IMG/VR virus record: IMGVR_UViG_3300017963_000201
Coordinates: 32,001-96,000 of that record
From: a virus
Reading direction: 5' to 3' (one strand)
DNA: 64,000 nt
A model generated the notes under the pieces. The model did not search any database and had not been told where the DNA came from. It saw nothing but the letters and a program-made list of their open reading frames with translations. Both the position numbers and the translations under genes were made by a program. Positions 58,504 to 64,000 of the stretch are shown here, one piece after another (positions within the stretch are counted from its first letter, which is position 1; each line of letters opens with the position of its first letter).

Positions 58504-58765
58504 GGCAAGACCTTTCCTATAGTAAACTCCTAGTGCTTAGGACAGCACTATCCAAAGTTTCTGTCGATACAATACCGTAAACCGCTGCGAATTTTACTTC
58601 TGTATCGTCTTTATCTACGTATAAAGCATCTATATCGGAAGCTATTTCTACCAATCTATCTTTTTTCATACCCCGAAGCAAGCCCATCTAATAGGAACTC
58701 TAGATCCTCCTTGCACCATTGACCCCAATCCTCCTCTTCCATAAAAGGTAGGGAATAATCTTTAC

Positions 58766-59194
58766 TTACTCCTCTTGGTTAGCGCGTACAAACGTACAAT
58801 TGTTATAGCCTTTGAAAATAGCCATGACTTCAAAAGATCGATTCCCTGAACTATTATTGGTAATAGTAATTTGTACAGGTAAACCTATATACACATTTCG
58901 ATTTGGATCAAAATATTTTGGTATCGTATCTACTCCAACATTAGCAGGGAACCAAACATTAGGATAGTTCATATGCGCTACGACTCTAGCAGCACCGTCA
59001 GGGTAATTATGGCTCTCAGATAATTCCCCATTGAAATAAACATCCACTTGGTAAGTAACAATAGCTTCCAAAGGTCGAACAATTAAAGTCAAATCTGTAA
59101 ATGGTGTATTGCTTCTTACGGGTATTACTGAAGCCGTACCAGATGCACTCGTAGTAACAGTACTGACAACCTGATTGACAATAGGATAGTTCAT
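58766..59194 (-). CDS. Beta-rich virion protein
   Basis: S/T/V-rich; RBS GAGG. Confidence 0.55.
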   Translation of the reverse strand: MNYPIVNQVVSTVTTSASGTASVIPVRSNTPFTDLTLIVRPLEAIVTYQVDVYFNGELSESHNYPDGAARVVAHMNYPNVWFPANVGVDTIPKYFDPNRNVYIGLPVQITITNNSSGNRSFEVMAIFKGYNNCTFVRANQEE

Positions 59195-59275
59195 CAAAAC
59201 CTCACAAAATGCAAGGAAGGGGGATAATGCCGAGGTGGGGGGATTGTCCTAACATTATCCCCTTTCCTTTGCTAA

Positions 59276-59905
59276 CTATTTAATCGCTTTTTCAATAGGA
59301 TCGTTTAATTTATTCAATCGATCCTGTGCCCACTTCTTTACTTTATCGTATACACCATGCTTCTCAATATAAGCATAGTCAGCTTCTTTCAAAATCTTTT
59401 GAATCTCTCTAAAACTTTCCATGACATTCAGCTCTGGGACTTTACGGCTTGCTATCTGCGAACAGATATTTTCAACCTTCGGATGAATCAAACTCTCAGG
59501 CTGCTCTACCGCAGGGGGGATAAGAACGTCAGGAAGATTACGACGTACTCTATTAATCTTGTCTTTAGAAATTGCCCTACGTTCACGGTTGATCCGATAA
59601 TACTCTTCAGCTTTATCCGGATCTAATAATTCTAAAGCACCCGCATTCACTGCAGCATATAGGTCACGGCACGTTCTCAAAGATTCAGGATCCATCTGAT
59701 CCGTAATACACACAGGATCATCTCCCGGTGGAATAATAACCCTACCACGAGTTTCACCCGCACCGACCTGTAACGGGATGAAACCGGGTTCTTTAGTAAT
59801 CCCAGGATCTCCGGTAGCATTTCTTACCCAAATGGGTAATCGCTTATTAATAAGGTATTGCAAAGTTAATTTCACAGGTTTTTCACTTCTCTTCTTGGCT
59901 TGCAT
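59276..59905 (-). CDS. Hypothetical head-region protein
   Basis: RBS AAGGAG before ATG 59905. Confidence 0.55.
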   Translation of the reverse strand: MQAKKRSEKPVKLTLQYLINKRLPIWVRNATGDPGITKEPGFIPLQVGAGETRGRVIIPPGDDPVCITDQMDPESLRTCRDLYAAVNAGALELLDPDKAEEYYRINRERRAISKDKINRVRRNLPDVLIPPAVEQPESLIHPKVENICSQIASRKVPELNVMESFREIQKILKEADYAYIEKHGVYDKVKKWAQDRLNKLNDPIEKAIK

Positions 59906-59977
59906 TTTTTTCTCCTTTTCGTTGGCAAAGCAAAAATAATAATACAATACTAACAAGTATACATAGTATAAAGTTAA

Positions 59978-60305
59978 CTATTGTATGCTATCTTTGATAA
60001 AGTTAATAAGATGATCAATAGTAACTAAAGATTTTTGTACCTTAACTTTTTTCCCATCTAACAACACAGATCCAAGACTAAGATCTTCCCCATTGGGTGC
60101 TTCTATCTGACCACCAATTATAGATCCTCTTTCTGTCTCAGTCTCAGTCTTGTTTAATATAAAGCCCATCTCTTTTAGTTCAGGTACTCTGTCACTTAGT
60201 CTATCTATAGCTATGGGGTTAAAGTATACATCCTCTACCTTGAATTGATCCGATAATATATTAATTATCTTTTCTATCTTTAGTCCTAGTTCGTGAGGAA
60301 CCATA
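59978..60305 (-). CDS. Hypothetical protein
   Basis: RBS GGAGG. Confidence 0.5.
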
Positions 60306-60314
60306 AAACCCTCC

Positions 60315-60355
60315 AATAAAAAGGGCGCAATCAAGGATCCCTCGAATGCGCCCTA
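60315..60355 (-). terminator. Intrinsic terminator after capsid operon
   Basis: AGGGCGCA..TGCGCCCT followed by TTTTTATT on minus strand. Confidence 0.7.
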
Positions 60356-60377
60356 ATGCATACATATCTAAATTTGG

Positions 60378-60860
60378 TTACCGAAATCGCCTACGAGGAA
60401 GCGGACGCCTAGAGATACTGGCCCTTCTTCGTGCCCTACGCAAAGAAGCTAATCGGGGGCTTACTCTTCGAGCTTGCCTCATGCGACGTTGTGCTGCTCT
60501 ACGCGCCAAAGCTCGAAGCCTTGCTCTACGTACTGCTTCTGCGGCACGAAGGGGTCTACGTCGAGCTACGGGCCTTCTGCTAATAGGTCTCCGAGCAACA
60601 GCCCGCCTACGTGCCACCGGGCGTCTACGTGCTAACGGTCGCCGCCTAGCTACCGGGCGACGTGATCTACGATCTTCGAGTTGATTATAAATGCGCTCTA
60701 GGCCACGCTCAACCATAGCTACTGTGCGCAAGTCCCTAGCACGCATAAGCATATCGTTATATCTATCCACTTTAGCCGCCAAGTCATTTCGACCTTCACG
60801 CTCAAGATACTCAGCCGCTTTGTCCAATTCGTTTCTAAGTGCGATTTTATTGATCCGCAT
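60378..60860 (-). CDS. Arginine-rich protamine-like protein
   Basis: RBS GGAG; C-terminal ~95 aa of RRPVARRRP repeats; synonymous variation in repeats. Confidence 0.8.
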   Translation of the reverse strand: MRINKIALRNELDKAAEYLEREGRNDLAAKVDRYNDMLMRARDLRTVAMVERGLERIYNQLEDRRSRRPVARRRPLARRRPVARRRAVARRPISRRPVARRRPLRAAEAVRRARLRALARRAAQRRMRQARRVSPRLASLRRARRRASISRRPLPRRRFR

Positions 60861-60955
60861 AGCCCTACTCTCCTTAGTATAGATTAGAAAAGTGGTTACC
60901 CTGACCAAGGGCTAGTTGATCAAGGTAACCGATACGAAGCACTCGCCACAAGTAA

Positions 60956-62092
60956 CTACAGCCGCGAACCGTAGGCAACACCAGCAGCATTGCCAAGGTA
61001 CATAGAGATCAGCTCATAGAAGAACCAACCCTCGCGGGGTCTACCTTCCATGAATTCATCCGTGGGTTTCGAGAACAGCTCAACCCGGATAGGCATGCCA
61101 CCCAGGTACTCAGGAGCCGCAACACCGTAAACCTCTCCCGGACTCAAGATCTCATAGGTGTTTGTGCCAGCGGTCGTAATAACCATAGCATTGAGAATCA
61201 CACCGATATAACCAGCAAGAATTAATTCACGTTGCGCAATCGGGTCTACCTGCTGGCTTACGGTGGTTACGAGATCAGAGATCTCTTGACGATGGACGAT
61301 GAATTTGTCCAAGACAAGGCGATGCCGTTCAACCTGATATCGAATACTCTCTAAGGCAGCCAGGTTCAGAGCCGCAAAGAAAGTAGTCGTATTAGCCGCA
61401 TTCGCGCCAGCGGCAAACAGGTTAATCATAGCCAGGTCTTCTTGGTATTCGATGGCTTGACGTGCCTTATCTTGCGCTCGTTGCACGATATCAAACTGTG
61501 CGCGGAACTTATCCTTGATCTCAATCGAAGGATAGGCGGTAACTTCAAACTCCGGTGGGTAGTAGTAGCGACCCTCAACTACGCTCTGTGGAGTCTGACC
61601 ATCCTCGGCAATCTGAAAGCCAAGGACATACGGATCTTTATCATAACGAATAACATCGCCTGATCCTACGGTACGGGGCATCCAAACTTTTCGAGCAAGA
61701 CCCTCGTAGTCAATCACTTCTTTGATCACGTTGATTATGCCCTGGCCAACCATCCTAAATCCCTGAGACGTGGGATCCGAGAAAGCCTCTTTCAAGATAG
61801 CTTCAGCTTCGGCATCCTCCATACCATCTGAAAAAGAAGCTTCACGAGCAATCTGATACTTACCACTCGCAACACCGTCCAATACGCCTTGGATCTTATC
61901 CAGAGCTTCTGGGTTATTGGATGCATTCAGCTCGCCATGCTGACTAAATAAACGTTCGGAAGAAGACTCAGGACGCTTACCGTTCCGAGCCACCCTACCG
62001 AAACTAGGCGGATTGAATTCGTCTCCCGTCCGCTTGTCAATAGAGACCGTGGCAGCGGCGGCTTTTTTAAGATACGGATTATTGAAGCGCAT
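60956..62092 (-). CDS. Major capsid protein (HK97-like)
   Basis: 378 aa, strong RBS AGGAGGAGG, biased codons; IKEVIDYEGLARK, AEDGQTP, QEDLAM patterns. Confidence 0.8.
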   Translation of the reverse strand: MRFNNPYLKKAAAATVSIDKRTGDEFNPPSFGRVARNGKRPESSSERLFSQHGELNASNNPEALDKIQGVLDGVASGKYQIAREASFSDGMEDAEAEAILKEAFSDPTSQGFRMVGQGIINVIKEVIDYEGLARKVWMPRTVGSGDVIRYDKDPYVLGFQIAEDGQTPQSVVEGRYYYPPEFEVTAYPSIEIKDKFRAQFDIVQRAQDKARQAIEYQEDLAMINLFAAGANAANTTTFFAALNLAALESIRYQVERHRLVLDKFIVHRQEISDLVTTVSQQVDPIAQRELILAGYIGVILNAMVITTAGTNTYEILSPGEVYGVAAPEYLGGMPIRVELFSKPTDEFMEGRPREGWFFYELISMYLGNAAGVAYGSRL

Positions 62093-62130
62093 TCTTAGTC
62101 CTCCTCCTTACGATTTATTTTTATTATTGT

Positions 62131-62865
62131 TTACGCAGTCACACGAACTTGGGCAACCCCAAGGAACGGGTTAGCAGCAGTAGGAACGTTAATACAGCGA
62201 CCACAAACAGAACTGATAGCACCACCGGCAATCCCAGCACTTGTCCACAGGCTGTTAGCATCGGAGCGCAGCGCACAATTCAAAGTGTAGGTTTGCGCTA
62301 CATCGTATTGATCGGTGTAGAGAATTGCATCGCCTTCGGCAATCGCAATCCGATCACTCCCTAAAGTGTCGTTACGGCACCGATCATAATTCTGACTCGT
62401 ACTCCACCTAGTCGAAGACATCTCGTACTGAAGCTGAGAGCTACTTACCGAATACTCATACCAAATAACCACAGTCTGGCCTGCCGTGATTGCACCTGCA
62501 GCAATTCGAGTCACAACACCATTAGCCGTCGAGATAGAGTAATCGGTACCCTGCGTATAGGTGGTCGTGCCCGCAGAGTTAGTAACCTTAATCTTCGTGG
62601 TACCAGTGATATTGCCACCGCGAAGATTAATAGTTCCGGTCGTAGTTGAGAAGCTCTGAGATTCTACCGTTGTTCTAATATAAGTAGAAGCAGCATCCTT
62701 CCAAAAGGTCCCAATAGGAACCGTACCCGAAGCTGCGGTTGTAGCAACGGTAACACCGCTGGCATCAGTAGCCAAAAAGGCAATCATACCAGCAACGATA
62801 CTAACATTGCTATCCACATGGTAAAATGGACGATAGTAAGCATAGGATACTTGTTTGTCGATCAT
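62131..62865 (-). CDS. Head decoration/cement protein
   Basis: Directly upstream of MCP; T/A/G-rich; YTDQYD motif. Confidence 0.65.
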   Translation of the reverse strand: MIDKQVSYAYYRPFYHVDSNVSIVAGMIAFLATDASGVTVATTAASGTVPIGTFWKDAASTYIRTTVESQSFSTTTGTINLRGGNITGTTKIKVTNSAGTTTYTQGTDYSISTANGVVTRIAAGAITAGQTVVIWYEYSVSSSQLQYEMSSTRWSTSQNYDRCRNDTLGSDRIAIAEGDAILYTDQYDVAQTYTLNCALRSDANSLWTSAGIAGGAISSVCGRCINVPTAANPFLGVAQVRVTA

Positions 62866-62918
62866 AGTTTATCTCCTTTGTAGAAAAACAAAAATATAGG
62901 TTTACTCAGAACAATGGC

Positions 62919-64000
62919 TTACATCTTTTTTACATACTGCCCGACATGGGACAGTCTTGGTTTAGGTAATGCACGTTGAATTCTCTGTGCTAACGATTCA
63001 GCTTCATTAGGGGTATAATCACTTGCTGTCGAAATATTTAAAGAGTTGTGAGACGCCTGCCTTCGAAGATCTTGCGCCTTTTGTGACAATTTAGATCCAG
63101 AAGAAGCAACCTTGGGAACATCAGTGTTCATCTCACCAATGGCAGCTTCAATCTCAACAAAAGCTTCATCGCTCTTAGCTAAGTATTTTGCGGTCTCATT
63201 AAGCGCTACATCGAAATGATCCATAGACGCCTTATGGAAAGTGCCTTCTATAGCCGTAATGGCATCCGAAGCTTCAATGCCAAAGTTGTCTAAAACCTCA
63301 AGCATGGAAGCCTTGAGCGGATTCGAAACTAGATTTTTATTCATAGCGGTCAAAGCCAATTTGAAAGCACGGACAAACCGTCTGTGGTGATCTTTACCGC
63401 TTGCGGTCTTGTGTGCCTTTTTCTTAACCACGATGCGTTTGGCATTGTACTTTTTGAGTGTATTTACAACACCTCTAGCCTTCATTTGCCGCAAAAGATT
63501 AATCCCGAAAGATCTGGTAGCCTGAATAGGATTTTTAACCGGGACGATACAAAATGGGATTTCTTTTCCCGCTTTCTTCTGTAAGACGATCCAATTCCTT
63601 TTGTCTCTACCAAGCTCCAACTCGATATTAGCAATCTTGAACATATCGGGGGCCGGATCTGCCTTAACCTTAGTATTAGGGGCAGAGGGAATCGTGCTTT
63701 TGTACTTCTTACTCTTTGCCTTATCGTAACTAAAAGAATCACCAAGATCCTTAAACGGAGTCATGCTCTCGGACTTCTTGTATAGACGGGCCTTTCTCGC
63801 AGCTCTTAATTTTGATTTAACGCTCATTGGATCCTCTTTGCTCACGACCAGATTATCGGGATTGATACCGAATTCCTCCGCAGTGAAATCTTCGCTTTCT
63901 TCCTCTTGGGCTTCATCCAGCTCTTCTTCCATCCCAGAATCATCAACACCTTTTTCAATAACCTTTTTAATATCTTCTAAGGAATCCACGATGACTTCGT
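62919..64000 (-). CDS. Capsid scaffold/prohead core protein (C-terminal part; begins beyond window)
   Basis: Acidic low-complexity stretch then helical region; upstream of decoration protein and MCP. Confidence 0.55.
   Translation of the reverse strand, partial: EVIVDSLEDIKKVIEKGVDDSGMEEELDEAQEEESEDFTAEEFGINPDNLVVSKEDPMSVKSKLRAARKARLYKKSESMTPFKDLGDSFSYDKAKSKKYKSTIPSAPNTKVKADPAPDMFKIANIELELGRDKRNWIVLQKKAGKEIPFCIVPVKNPIQATRSFGINLLRQMKARGVVNTLKKYNAKRIVVKKKAHKTASGKDHHRRFVRAFKLALTAMNKNLVSNPLKASMLEVLDNFGIEASDAITAIEGTFHKASMDHFDVALNETAKYLAKSDEAFVEIEAAIGEMNTDVPKVASSGSKLSQKAQDLRRQASHNSLNISTASDYTPNEAESLAQRIQRALPKPRLSHVGQYVKKM

Noticed and set aside
60346-60684. Plus-strand Arg/Leu-rich ORF
   Set aside because: Antisense of the protamine-like gene, which has the RBS and operon orientation

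Overview
Most of this window is a fragment of a large, AT-rich, contractile-tailed (myovirus-like) phage genome. Minus-strand virion modules occupy 14.8-36.8 kb (tail fibre, lectin-like proteins, baseplate, tape measure, frameshifted tail chaperones, tube, sheath, neck) and 56-64 kb (head adaptor, Arg-rich protamine-like protein, major capsid, decoration protein, scaffold). Plus-strand early/middle blocks carry DNA MTases, an NAD-dependent ligase, Tmk, a SNF2 helicase, NADAR and a nucleotide-sugar dehydrogenase. A GC-rich, host-like insert (~187-3850) holds an RHH+TnpB element and an EF-G gene with a small 5' lesion. The most striking locus is 43.4-48.6 kb. There a sigma70 promoter with an rRNA-type boxA heads a non-coding operon containing at least four Y RNAs, three canonical tRNAs and several long-stem/large-loop RNAs, followed by CYTH, Ro60/TROVE (Rsr), an uncharacterised protein and another RNA with a permuted tRNA module. 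Three of the Y RNAs contain a complete circularly permuted tRNA that still has an anticodon loop (Asn-GTT, Arg-TCG, and ATA), each opened at a different point. Other notable signals are a four-unit promoter-sRNA-terminator array (55.6-56.0 kb), several sigma54 promoters and a shared palindromic operator. All calls were made by eye from motifs and manual base pairing; no database searches were run.
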